Virus record (IMG/VR): IMGVR_UViG_3300046011_007723
Coordinates: 1 to 63,582 of that record
Length of the DNA stretch: 63,582 bases
Strand: one strand, 5' to 3'
Source of the DNA: a virus
Lineage: Duplodnaviria > Caudoviricetes
The notes under the pieces: generated by a model
The model's database searches: none
What the model saw: the letters and a program-made list of their open reading frames with translations, nothing else
What the model was told of the DNA's origin: nothing
Position numbers and translations under genes: made by a program
In this document: in pieces, positions 27,601-36,914 of the stretch
How positions within the stretch are numbered: position 1 is the first letter of the stretch
Layout of the letters: each line of letters starts with the position of its first letter

Positions 27601-30600
27601 AGTTGCAACTAAATCCACCAGCGGCAGTTTTAACGTATGTATATCAGTTGACACGAAATTCAACGGCGTAAATGTTATCGTTGTGTTCGACCCATTCATT
27701 ATATTAGCTTGAGTTGTTGGGGTAAAATTAAACTCTCTAAAATTCGCGCTGTTGATAGTAACCAATTGACTTGCGTTAGGACGATCCGCACTTCCAAAAA
27801 ATTCAATTTTTGGTGTAATGGTCCCAGAAGCCCAACTATTAGATGTAACCACAACAATAACAGCGCCGTTTCCAGTTAATGCTGGGCAACCTGATAACGC
27901 GCCGGTTGACGGTGTTATACCAACTGTTGCGCCGTTAACAGTTACAGAAACATCAGTTGCAACTAAACCCACCAGCGGCAGTGTTAACGTATGTATATCA
28001 GTTGATGCGAAATTCGACGGCGTAAATGTTATTGTTGATGTTCCTGTATTAGTAAGAGCATAAAAAGTTCTTGAAGACTTATAATATTTAAGAGGAAGCG
28101 CTTCACTTGTTACAGTTACCGCATTTGATTTACTAAATGAGGTTGTGTCAGCAGATTTAATGATATAACATATTAATGCGAATTTATCATTGGCTACAAC
28201 ACCGGCTGATGCATTGACCTTAAAATTAAAAATCCCGTTTGTATATGATGTCACATCATATAATATTGCGGTTGATGCAAGTTCAGTATTCAACGCAGTA
28301 TTTGTCGTTGTTTTGGACGTAGAGCTAACCGCAGAACCGTTTGCTGTTACTGTAAAGTAAGAACCATGCGTAGACAAATCTTTTGCATCTGTAGAATTTC
28401 CTGCTACAGGAGTAATAGCAAGATATAATTTATCTGAACCGCTAAGAACAACAGATGTTTCCACAGCAATATCTGACGTTGTTCCAACTATAACACTAAA
28501 CGCATTCTCAGTTTTATTTTTCCCGTTTCTATGGATACTCAAAGATATAGGAACCACAGGTTTGGTACTAACGCTCAAGTCTTGAGATTTTGTTAACTGA
28601 ATAAGAACTGTAGAACTTGTGACAGAATTTATTTTTACATTTATAATGTTACCTGTTGTTGTGGTTGCGGTGTTCTTTTTAATCCAGATTTCTTTAGAAA
28701 TCTTTTTATTAGAATCAACTTTACCAACAACACGTATAGAGGATTCAGGGTTTACTTCTGCAATTAAACCTAATGTATTGCCGGTTGACGTGATATCAAA
28801 TGTTACTGTGTCATCTTTATTCAAATTAGGAACATCAATTTCAACTCTAATTCGGTAAGAGTTAGTTGAATCTGGAAGTTCTAAACCAGTTATTTTAGTT
28901 TCTGTTGCATCATAAAAATTAATATTTGCTGTTGGTGTATTGACAGCAACTAATGAAATTTCAGAGTTTGATGCAGATGCCACAGTGCTAGAAGAATCAG
29001 TGACCGTTAATACAATTTGTTTGGTTGATGCAATACCTTTAGAATTTCTTGTAATAGGTATAGATAACGAACCGCCTACTGCAATGCTACCACTTCCACT
29101 ATAAGTTGAAAAATAATCAGAAATGTTACTAGCATCAGCAAACGCAATAGACCAAGTAACATTTCTAGCAGTGTTTTCATTTAAAATAGTTACGTTATAA
29201 TTTACAGTTCGACCAACATCAATAGTTGAACTGTCTTTCGTAATTTTAAAGGTTCTTGTTGCGTTATTCAATAACAATGAATCTTTAGCAGATAAATTAC
29301 GAGAAGTTGGTTTAATTTCTGCATTTAGTGTAATATTACTAGGCACACCAAGACTAAAACCAACATCAACTAAATTAGAAACAGCAAGCAATTCAGCAGA
29401 AGTCATTGTTGTAGAAAATGTGTTTGTATTACCAGCAAACACATAAACACCAGCCGCAGATGGTACAGGATTTGGTGTAATATTAATCGAAAATATTTCA
29501 GATGTTGGAAAGTTACTTTGGGCGATTAACAATTTAGCAGAAGAAGCCGTACCGCTTGTGCTAGTAGGGTTAATCGTAGTCAAATCTCCAGTATTTGTGC
29601 TATTTCTAAATGAAGTTGACAACGTTGGCTGGACAGATTTTGTTAAATTAAAATTGTTAGATGTCAGCGTATTTTTGCCATTGTATAGCAAAGAAACATT
29701 AAAGGTTTTGTCTGTTGTAGCTAATCGATTAGCTACAGCAGTGAGGCTAAATGTCAATGTTCCTGTTCCATCTAATACTCCAGATGTTTTATTCAATGTG
29801 TATTCATTAGGCGCAAGATTTGATACCTTAATTTCTGTTATTTTGGTCCCAGCAGCAGCTGCGCCATAACTTGAAGTTACAGAAAAATTAATTGTTCCTG
29901 CATCCGTTATACTTGAATTAGCAGTTTTATCCGCAGATATTGTTGTTGTTTCTTCGTTGTTTTGGATGTAGCAAATAGAATTTATGCCTTTGCCTTTATT
30001 TGCGCCAGTTAACTCCAATTTTAACGTTTTTGCCGCTGTCAATACCAGACTGTTTGAAACTGTAACAGAAACGGTTAATGTAGTTCCAGTGAACGAAGTT
30101 ATAACAGGTGAAAGCACATAGCCGGTTAAAGTCGTAATATCAACGTCATTGGCAGTGATAACAAATGGAATCGTGTCAGATAGCGCATTTGTTGTATAAT
30201 GGTTCGTTTCTAAAGCGAATGTTATTCTAGACCCTTGTGATACGTTAGAAGAAAATGCGTTATTTGATAGTTTGTAATATTTCGTATCAAAATTACCTAT
30301 GATTTTAACTACATGCTCTTTGGAATTACCAGATGCATCAGTGAAAACATATCGATACTGTCCATTTTTATCTTTATAAACAGTTTCTCCTGCCACATCG
30401 TCAGCAGATACGCTTCTAGTCAATACATGCGTAGGGTTAGCGTTTGATGTATTAAAAGGGTTTGCTGTTGTAAATGACGATGTGATATCCACTTCAGCTG
30501 CACTGCCAATTTTCTTATAAACTTTATATGAAATTGGAATATCAGCTTCAGCATTATTAGATTGGAACGACACATTAATTGTATCAGTTGTTGCTACTGA

Positions 30601-33600
30601 AACTGGTCCACTCACAGAATATGCTGTTTTAACAGGGTTCAACAATTTAATAGTAGAGGATAAAGATGACCCATATAAAAATTCAGGATATTTCGTAATG
30701 TCTCTGCTAGATTTATTATGTGGCGTAACCGTTAGCGTAATTTTTCTAGCAGCTTGAGATGCCCCATCATCTGTTACTTTCAATTTAATGACTGCTTTAC
30801 CAGCTGAATCAACGGCAAACGTAAACGATGTCAAAGATGTAATTGCTGTTCCATTTAAAGTTTTAGAATCAAAGGTAGCCGTTCCATCTGTTACAACAAC
30901 TGTGCCAGTAAAGTCACCTTTCAAATCGTAATTGATTGCGTTGAATGTAAAGGTAAAGTATTCTCCTTCACTCACAACATAACTAGAAGGTTCAATAGTA
31001 TAAGTCGCAGTTGGTTTAGGGACTTTCAATTCAGTTACAACAGCATCGCCAACTTGGTCTCCAGTCACAACACTAATTGGTTTTGTATCAGCATATTTTG
31101 CGCTCATATCAACATAATAGTTAACAGAAACATATGATGATGCGTATTCTTTACCTGCTGGATTATTAGAGAAAGTGATTACAAAGGTAGATCCTTCTTT
31201 CCCTTGAGGAATAACAATATAGCCGGTTGCGTTGCCAGAATCATCGGTGGTTGGTTGTTGAGTTAGGAACGTAGAACCAGTCAAATTTGTTACAAACCCA
31301 TCTTCTTGTAATTCTTTTCCAAAGAAATAATATAATTTTGTGTTAGCCAACATATTGGTGACTTTATATTGTATAACACGCTCACGTGTAACCGGAATAA
31401 TATTCTTACTGAAATTATAGGTTGTTCCTGACACGATTTTATTTTTAGATGTTGCAATATCAATAAAATCCGCGTCGGCAGAAGTAATAGCAGAAGTTGA
31501 TAAGGTAGCGCCTGATTTCGGATCCCAAGCATTCCATACCGTAACCGGCACAAGATCTGATGTTCCAGCTAATTGTTTAATTGTATCTGCATCATTAACA
31601 GGCAACAATTCTTTGACCCAATGGTCTGTGTCAGGTTTTAACACAGCAGAACCAGAAGCTGTTGTTACGTTATACGGGTTAACAGATACTGTTGTTGAGT
31701 ACGAGTTAACGCCGGTTAATTTTGTTGACGTATAAGGTAAAGTGATTGTGTTAGAGTTAATACCAATTCCAGTTGTAGCTAAATTAGCATGAGCTGTTTT
31801 AGTGTAAAATTTTGGTCTTAATTCATTTTTGTCATAATCAATCTCAGTTTGCATATCTGGATTGGTGACGTCAGCAACATTTTTACCTTGGAACGCATCA
31901 ACTAAGAATCCGTTGTTGAATAATGGAGTGCCATTATCATCAGTAAAGGTTTTTGATGAGGTATCTTTTTCAAGCATTGATAATGAAGTATAGTATTCAA
32001 CATTTTCAATTCTGCCTTCCAAAACGCCGATATCTTTCATCGTATATCTTTTGTTTTTAACTAAAGATAATTTTGTAGATTTTTCATCATCAGTATAAGC
32101 GTCATAGGTAATAGAGCAAATATCCATAGCGTCTGGATTAGACGCTGGATTAATAGGTTGTCTAGCAGGAATACCTTGTATGATTTGATATTTACCTGTT
32201 TTGTCTAAAGATAATTTGTCAATTCTACCGAGGTAATAGTCAACATCTAAAATAGCATTAGAGAATGGTAAAATAAATGTATCAAACCCAGCACCATTTT
32301 CTTTTTGAACAGGTCTAAAATCTAAACAGTTTCTTAGTTTATATGTTGAGAATGAAACGCTGTCGTAATAATTGCCAATATCAGAATAAGAAACCGCAAT
32401 AGTATTATTTACAACAAGAGGTCCTTCGCCAGAATGTACATAATAATCAAACACGGCTAAAATTGATGTTGTAGTAGTAAAGGCGGTTTTTCTACTTATA
32501 AATCCATTGCCATAATATGAATCAGTTTGACCGTTATCAATTTGGAATGTAGAACCAATATTTTCATATGCAGTTGTTCCTAACGTTGTACCAGAAATAT
32601 CGTATAGTTTACCGTTACGCATAACAACAGAATTTGCACTATATGATACTAATTCATCATATGCCCCTGCATAAATTTTACTTCCAATTTCATAAGCGCC
32701 CGTAAATTTATGAATATCAGATACACCCAAACTTTGCGTAGCTGCAGAATCCTCTAAAAACGTGACCTTTTTGCCATAATTAGAAACTAATGTTTTTGTT
32801 CTTACAGCCTGACCAGACATGTTTATAGTTGCTATGATATCAACAACACCATTGAATGATGCATCATTAAAATCAAAACTGATAGAAGAATTCGTATCTG
32901 GATTTGTGCTAACTGTAATATCTATTTGCGATAAATCCAAAACAGAATTAACCACATATCCATTTCCAGAAGATAAGGATAATAGAGCAATTGTGTAATT
33001 AATATTGTTTGATGTCCCTGAAGATGGAACAAAATCTTTTGTTAATGAATCTGACGTCAACGAACACACGCCGCCGTAAACTGGAACAGATTTGAACAAT
33101 TTTTTTGTTTCATATGAAATGCTAGAAACAGTTTTAATATTACCAAGTGGAATTGGAAACACCAATAGTCTATTTGCGGTATCTGATATTTTAGCTGATG
33201 TTAATGTTGCTATAAATTCTCCTGTTTTTTCTCCAATTGAAATCACAGAAGAAAAAGAATCTGACGTTAACGATACATCATCAAGATAAAGCTGGTATTC
33301 GCCATATGAAACTGGAATAAGGTTAATGACCCTTGCTGTCCCAATAATAGTGCCTGTGCTATTATACAGATTTACACTTGAAGAAGATGTGATATCAGGG
33401 AGACTTCCTGATATTGAACCTACAGTAACATAGTTTCCATACTGCGTTGCAACAGTATAATCTGTTGTGCTTGCAAATGTTCTTGGTTTAGTTAATTGAA
33501 TAGAACTAACACCATTTTTTTCAATCTCATATCCTTTGACGTAAGCCTTACCCGCTGCTACATTTAGTGTCAATAATGTTTCGTCTGGGTTAGCCTTTAC

Positions 33601-34779
33601 CGTAGGCAATAAACCATTTACAATATAATCTCCAGATTCATCGTATGTTCTACGAGCAAATATATCCTCAAGATTAGAATAGATAGGTAGACGTTGGTCT
33701 GATTGAACAACGCCATTTTTAATGTGGCAAATATCAATGAAATCTTCAGAAGATAAAGATTGTTCTTGATATCTAACGGCGGTTGCTTCTAACGATATAA
33801 AGTATCTATCTGCACCTGGAGCAGCATAATTATATGAACCAAACGAAGGATCTAATAACGTAGCATCAGAATCTGCTGTTATGATTGACTCTATAGCCTT
33901 TAATCCAATAACAGTGGATAATGAAACCGTAAAACCTATTGCATCAGTTACTAAAGTGTTTGCGCTGCTTTTAAGAACTAGGTTTGTGTTATCAGCAATC
34001 GATAAAACTGTTCCAATGAGTTTATTATCAATTGTAAAAATATCATCCCCAACACTTAATTCTGTTGTGAATAATGTACCAACGCCGGTAATATTAGCAG
34101 AACTTGTTGATGCTGTTATTGTTCCCGCGTAAAGCCTTTTAACATATTTAGAAACAACAATAGTTTGGCTCGGGCAATATACAAAAGAATTTTTTGTGTA
34201 AAATATGCCTTCGTCAATACCAAATAAAACAGAATTTCCAGATACAGTATCGCCTGTTGCTTCAGTAGAAAACGATCTAAAAATAGAGGTTGTTCCGATA
34301 ACTGGATTTGGGACAGAATACACATCAAGACGAACATTATTGCTGACGTATTTAGATGATGACCCTGCTGACCCACCAGAAATTAATGTCGCATAAATTG
34401 TTTTTGGATCAGTGTCTGTTTTTTGTGTAACCGCCTTAATCAAATATTTTCTATTATCTGAGTTAACTACATCTTCGCTGTTAACGATTAGATATTTTCC
34501 GATAATATTATTGTCAAAAACAATAGCGCCGTTATTGAACGATTCAGCAATTTTAAAATATGTTACATTAAAATCAACTGTGTGTGCTGCACCATCAACC
34601 ACTGAACCATCTTCAAAAATATGGTCAGCAAATTTCGTTACTTGATTTTGAAGTATTGATTGTATCTGTGTTAATTCTCTAGCCTGAACAGCTGCTCCAG
34701 GTTGGAAAAGTATTTTATGAAATCCTTTTTTATGATCATAATCATCATAATAAGGATCTATGTTCAAATTCATTGGCAT
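24625..34779 (-). CDS. Giant VrlC/DUF4815-type structural protein with an Ig-like repeat arm (3384 aa)
   Basis: NLN.DPYYDDYD..K.FHKILF.PG.AVQARELTQ.QSILQNQ, ARRTYDESGDY, YYLGRIDK, RYTMKDIG.LE.RI.NVEYYTSLS.LE, then about 2100 aa of T/S/V-rich Ig-like units. Confidence 0.85.
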   Translation of the reverse strand: MPMNLNIDPYYDDYDHKKGFHKILFQPGAAVQARELTQIQSILQNQVTKFADHIFEDGSVVDGAAHTVDFNVTYFKIAESFNNGAIVFDNNIIGKYLIVNSEDVVNSDNRKYLIKAVTQKTDTDPKTIYATLISGGSAGSSSKYVSNNVRLDVYSVPNPVIGTTSIFRSFSTEATGDTVSGNSVLFGIDEGIFYTKNSFVYCPSQTIVVSKYVKRLYAGTITASTSSANITGVGTLFTTELSVGDDIFTIDNKLIGTVLSIADNTNLVLKSSANTLVTDAIGFTVSLSTVIGLKAIESIITADSDATLLDPSFGSYNYAAPGADRYFISLEATAVRYQEQSLSSEDFIDICHIKNGVVQSDQRLPIYSNLEDIFARRTYDESGDYIVNGLLPTVKANPDETLLTLNVAAGKAYVKGYEIEKNGVSSIQLTKPRTFASTTDYTVATQYGNYVTVGSISGSLPDITSSSSVNLYNSTGTIIGTARVINLIPVSYGEYQLYLDDVSLTSDSFSSVISIGEKTGEFIATLTSAKISDTANRLLVFPIPLGNIKTVSSISYETKKLFKSVPVYGGVCSLTSDSLTKDFVPSSGTSNNINYTIALLSLSSGNGYVVNSVLDLSQIDITVSTNPDTNSSISFDFNDASFNGVVDIIATINMSGQAVRTKTLVSNYGKKVTFLEDSAATQSLGVSDIHKFTGAYEIGSKIYAGAYDELVSYSANSVVMRNGKLYDISGTTLGTTAYENIGSTFQIDNGQTDSYYGNGFISRKTAFTTTTSILAVFDYYVHSGEGPLVVNNTIAVSYSDIGNYYDSVSFSTYKLRNCLDFRPVQKENGAGFDTFILPFSNAILDVDYYLGRIDKLSLDKTGKYQIIQGIPARQPINPASNPDAMDICSITYDAYTDDEKSTKLSLVKNKRYTMKDIGVLEGRIENVEYYTSLSMLEKDTSSKTFTDDNGTPLFNNGFLVDAFQGKNVADVTNPDMQTEIDYDKNELRPKFYTKTAHANLATTGIGINSNTITLPYTSTKLTGVNSYSTTVSVNPYNVTTASGSAVLKPDTDHWVKELLPVNDADTIKQLAGTSDLVPVTVWNAWDPKSGATLSTSAITSADADFIDIATSKNKIVSGTTYNFSKNIIPVTRERVIQYKVTNMLANTKLYYFFGKELQEDGFVTNLTGSTFLTQQPTTDDSGNATGYIVIPQGKEGSTFVITFSNNPAGKEYASSYVSVNYYVDMSAKYADTKPISVVTGDQVGDAVVTELKVPKPTATYTIEPSSYVVSEGEYFTFTFNAINYDLKGDFTGTVVVTDGTATFDSKTLNGTAITSLTSFTFAVDSAGKAVIKLKVTDDGASQAARKITLTVTPHNKSSRDITKYPEFLYGSSLSSTIKLLNPVKTAYSVSGPVSVATTDTINVSFQSNNAEADIPISYKVYKKIGSAAEVDITSSFTTANPFNTSNANPTHVLTRSVSADDVAGETVYKDKNGQYRYVFTDASGNSKEHVVKIIGNFDTKYYKLSNNAFSSNVSQGSRITFALETNHYTTNALSDTIPFVITANDVDITTLTGYVLSPVITSFTGTTLTVSVTVSNSLVLTAAKTLKLELTGANKGKGINSICYIQNNEETTTISADKTANSSITDAGTINFSVTSSYGAAAAGTKITEIKVSNLAPNEYTLNKTSGVLDGTGTLTFSLTAVANRLATTDKTFNVSLLYNGKNTLTSNNFNLTKSVQPTLSTSFRNSTNTGDLTTINPTSTSGTASSAKLLIAQSNFPTSEIFSINITPNPVPSAAGVYVFAGNTNTFSTTMTSAELLAVSNLVDVGFSLGVPSNITLNAEIKPTSRNLSAKDSLLLNNATRTFKITKDSSTIDVGRTVNYNVTILNENTARNVTWSIAFADASNISDYFSTYSGSGSIAVGGSLSIPITRNSKGIASTKQIVLTVTDSSSTVASASNSEISLVAVNTPTANINFYDATETKITGLELPDSTNSYRIRVEIDVPNLNKDDTVTFDITSTGNTLGLIAEVNPESSIRVVGKVDSNKKISKEIWIKKNTATTTTGNIINVKINSVTSSTVLIQLTKSQDLSVSTKPVVPISLSIHRNGKNKTENAFSVIVGTTSDIAVETSVVLSGSDKLYLAITPVAGNSTDAKDLSTHGSYFTVTANGSAVSSTSKTTTNTALNTELASTAILYDVTSYTNGIFNFKVNASAGVVANDKFALICYIIKSADTTSFSKSNAVTVTSEALPLKYYKSSRTFYALTNTGTSTITFTPSNFASTDIHTLTLPLVGLVATDVSVTVNGATVGITPSTGALSGCPALTGNGAVIVVVTSNSWASGTITPKIEFFGSADRPNASQLVTINSANFREFNFTPTTQANIMNGSNTTITFTPLNFVSTDIHTLKLPLVDLVATDVSVTVNGTPVTITPSGALSGCPTLQFNNTVNVVVTSSSNAIGTVKAVLTNVADSGITSNTYVTTNKGIVKSYSYTPTTQANIMNGLNTTITFTPLNFVSTDTHTLTLPLTNLVASDVSVTVNGEPVTITSSNGTLSGCPTLQFNNTVTINVTTNSWAVGTVKAVLTNVADSNITNYTALTTNSGIKKSYSVSGNTTVYYGKNETITFTPEHFLSTDIHTLKLPLKTLVAGDIVVKVNGTPVGITPSTGALSGCPELSGNDAVVINVTSNSYTIGTITANITSSTITGTSSISTNTGVNAIKIYEASPARSIYNGAASIMTFTPNEFFLPSDVHTLTLPLSGITFSDIDVTVNDTPLTNISSLGVITPAISLTGTNVVTIKVKSKTDTAGFITAKIMNGDIIASTFTDTNKGVSIDSSHEIFENLSYYVVVTPRIKDTSYSVGLFDYSTGSFVAISGITYTDKYGNALTPVSNLLQFTQSNLDTDNVAAFRYTVPTGFLSSVNKKCRIKFVPSDNSGDVIYPVECQKIIVLPKSYTIENDSQSINNAKKEGDVVKFTITPTNAIVTDTYDYTVVSNNGRKFKVEAFDDFTESHYNYSEASTHSYAGVKLARKSYVLVKLDDNSIVDSTTEITLTVKPSTAEYATNGSPLTSKAYIVNSSKPHQTIEFFDINRNSITQVKTGEYFTVSGYNNIKPTSLTYSSDLVEYIGVSVSDITNIEVGISANPALRNLTYDQPGATCHYEFKFKALSTISNMDGVYSAGFFLNRPTDGSSSLNAFLSIKEEKSNATISVTTKDNSIWATNRVVKFNIDTTNIQHGENLKWSIDVPSGIQNVSSIIFNDKNNSKFWIEGMRIGQLDNKPDIQYDDGLIVVPKANLFKYSDGSSYRVSRHPWSMQVNSFQEAKDWIDELNENADWYNDFVLPNSTEIQYFAMGGVSTGDNAILEKSVPDLFRYYYSDVGTLHKRDFTKTFTKSDVRPSDVVYALAIRRYFY
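26700..28050. repeat. Tandem ~350-nt (about 117-aa) Ig-like domain repeats
   Basis: Near-identical DNA at about 27085-27375 and 27436-27725; ITFTP..F.STD.HTL.LPL..LVA.D..V.VNG recurs five times. Confidence 0.85.
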
Positions 34780-34834
34780 ATTCTAGTTCTCTTATTGTTA
34801 TTGGTTAACGATACAATTATTTAGGCTATTTTCT

Positions 34835-36451
34835 TCAAAATTTAATTACTGTTTGCAGAGAAATAGTTTGCTCATTCGATTGATAAAACGCATATCTGTT
34901 ATCTATATAAAGAATGTCCCCACTAAATATATCAACATTAGGCGTAACTAATGCATCAATTCTAAAAGTTATACTTGGATTTGATGTAACAGCCAAAAAA
35001 TTTGCGATCGATAATGGCACATTATCTTTAGGTTGTAATAGTAAAGAGCCGCCCGTTGTATTAGCTTTAGCTGAAACAACCACAAATTCTTTTCCTACAT
35101 AAGTCCCAGACGTCAAATTAACGATTGTGTCATTAGGGTAATCTGTTAAATTGAATGCACCAAAAGTCGTTGCTGTATAACAGTTTGACCCTAGAATTCC
35201 TGTATAGGGTAATAAATCAGAACCAACTGGATTTTTAATTAAACCAAATTGTCTGTAATCATTATCAATATTAAAGCCGTTAATGTTATCATTATGTACA
35301 GATGTGGCAAACATAATACGATTTCCGAATAACTCTTTTATCGCATTTCTACCGTGTCCGCCATATGGAGAAATAATTGCACGAGCAGTAGCTTCATGTC
35401 CAATTGTATCTATAATTGTAATGGTTGCGTAGGTATAATCGTATCCAGGATTTGTTATGGTCATTGCCTCAATTTGATTTGACGCATTGATTACAGGTAC
35501 GGCAATGCATCCCTGCCCATCTCCCTCAATTACAATTTGCGTTGTTGGTGAATAATCATATCCACCAAATGTAACTTTAATTCTTTCTATGGTACCATTA
35601 ATCGCGGCTAATTCAACATTTGATTGTTGTGTTGTAACAGAACCATAATCTGTTGAAGACGTTATAACCGCGCCCGTTCCAGGATTCAAATTGCTATCTG
35701 TAATCTGGTATTCGATATCAAGATATCCCTCGCCATGATCGTTAATAATAGCGCCGGTAATTTCTCCGGTCACATTATCAATATCAAGAGATATGTCTGC
35801 ATCAGTTCCTGTTTGGGAAACAATAGTGACTTCTGTCGTTGATGGGTGATAACCAGAACCACCATTTACTATCACAACATTATCTATACCACCATTGTTA
35901 TAATACCGCGTTGACATAGATGTATCAACTGGTAAAAATAATGGAGTCATAAATTTACGTTGGAAAATGATAGGTATGGCGTACATAAATTTCCAAATGT
36001 ACCCATCAACTTCTTTAAACGGTAGCGTATCCGTATTAGATGGTTGAACAGTTGATGGTCTACCGTTATTATTATTCAAACATTTGTAAACATTATTTGA
36101 TGAATTTACGATATAAAACTTGGCAGATTCTAGTGAAGTTGCCCCAGAACTAGCCAAGTTTGTAGTCGAATAAGAATCATCATAATCATCATAAACTGTA
36201 CCGCTGACCCAGTTTATTCTAGGGATAACGTAAGAAATATCGTTTACAGAAACACGTTTTATGAAGACAACATCTCTTTTTGTTTGTTGTTCATATGTAA
36301 ACGTTTTTGATGGATTTTCTGGTTGGTCTAACGTATTATACGGTAAACTTTTCCCCAAATAATAATAAAATTTTACAGTGTTGCTTTTAATATCACGAAA
36401 AGTTGATTCAGCTAACGCTATGTGAAACCCTTGGCTAAGTATGGAGCTCAT
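34835..36451 (-). CDS. gp8: Baseplate wedge subunit gp8-like
   Basis: VIPRINW.SGT.YD.Y, FYI.NS..NVYKCL.NN, DGYIWKFMY, GGHG.NA..EL, DYRQFGLIKNP, SGDILYIDNR. Confidence 0.85.
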   Translation of the reverse strand: MSSILSQGFHIALAESTFRDIKSNTVKFYYYLGKSLPYNTLDQPENPSKTFTYEQQTKRDVVFIKRVSVNDISYVIPRINWVSGTVYDDYDDSYSTTNLASSGATSLESAKFYIVNSSNNVYKCLNNNNGRPSTVQPSNTDTLPFKEVDGYIWKFMYAIPIIFQRKFMTPLFLPVDTSMSTRYYNNGGIDNVVIVNGGSGYHPSTTEVTIVSQTGTDADISLDIDNVTGEITGAIINDHGEGYLDIEYQITDSNLNPGTGAVITSSTDYGSVTTQQSNVELAAINGTIERIKVTFGGYDYSPTTQIVIEGDGQGCIAVPVINASNQIEAMTITNPGYDYTYATITIIDTIGHEATARAIISPYGGHGRNAIKELFGNRIMFATSVHNDNINGFNIDNDYRQFGLIKNPVGSDLLPYTGILGSNCYTATTFGAFNLTDYPNDTIVNLTSGTYVGKEFVVVSAKANTTGGSLLLQPKDNVPLSIANFLAVTSNPSITFRIDALVTPNVDIFSGDILYIDNRYAFYQSNEQTISLQTVIKF

Positions 36452-36458
36452 AATAATC

Positions 36459-36905
36459 CTAAGAAATTGTGATTACCCATGTGATTGTAATTGTGTCACT
36501 TGCTTCTTTTGTGATGACAGGAAATACTGTTCTAGCCAACATATTAGTAGTAACGCCGGTTGCGTGGTTAAATAGACCGGCTTCAGTAATTGCGCCCGTA
36601 TTTTCTCCAGCACCAAACGTAGCAACATAAGTTACCGTGTTCAAATATGCTGTAGTTGATGTCAAAGCTTTACGAGTAGAAATTTGAGTCCCTAACGCAA
36701 TATCGCTAACAGCTGCAGCTGTTGTACCTGAACCAACAGCCATATATGACATAGCGCCTGTGCCGCCAGATAATAATGTGGCAATAATAGTTTTACCAGT
36801 TGTTACAACTAGGTTAGATACCACTTTGTCTGTTACTTCGTTTTTGCTATTAGTTTTAACAATAGAAACAACACCGGTAACTGCTGATTGTGAATTTAAA
36901 ATCAT
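36459..36905 (-). CDS. Small baseplate/tail-fibre-attachment protein
   Basis: NLVV..GK..IA..L...MAVG.G....D.AL...ITEAGLFN...MLAR.VF.VI.K...D...ITW motif. Confidence 0.65.
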   Translation of the reverse strand: MILNSQSAVTGVVSIVKTNSKNEVTDKVVSNLVVTTGKTIIATLLSGGTGAMSYMAVGSGTTAAAVSDIALGTQISTRKALTSTTAYLNTVTYVATFGAGENTGAITEAGLFNHATGVTTNMLARTVFPVITKEASDTITITWVITIS

Positions 36906-36914
36906 TTTTATTCC

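Noticed and set aside
24625-28050. Diversity-generating retroelement
   Set aside because: No reverse transcriptase in the window, and the duplicated segments are in-frame coding repeats with no adenine-specific pattern evident.
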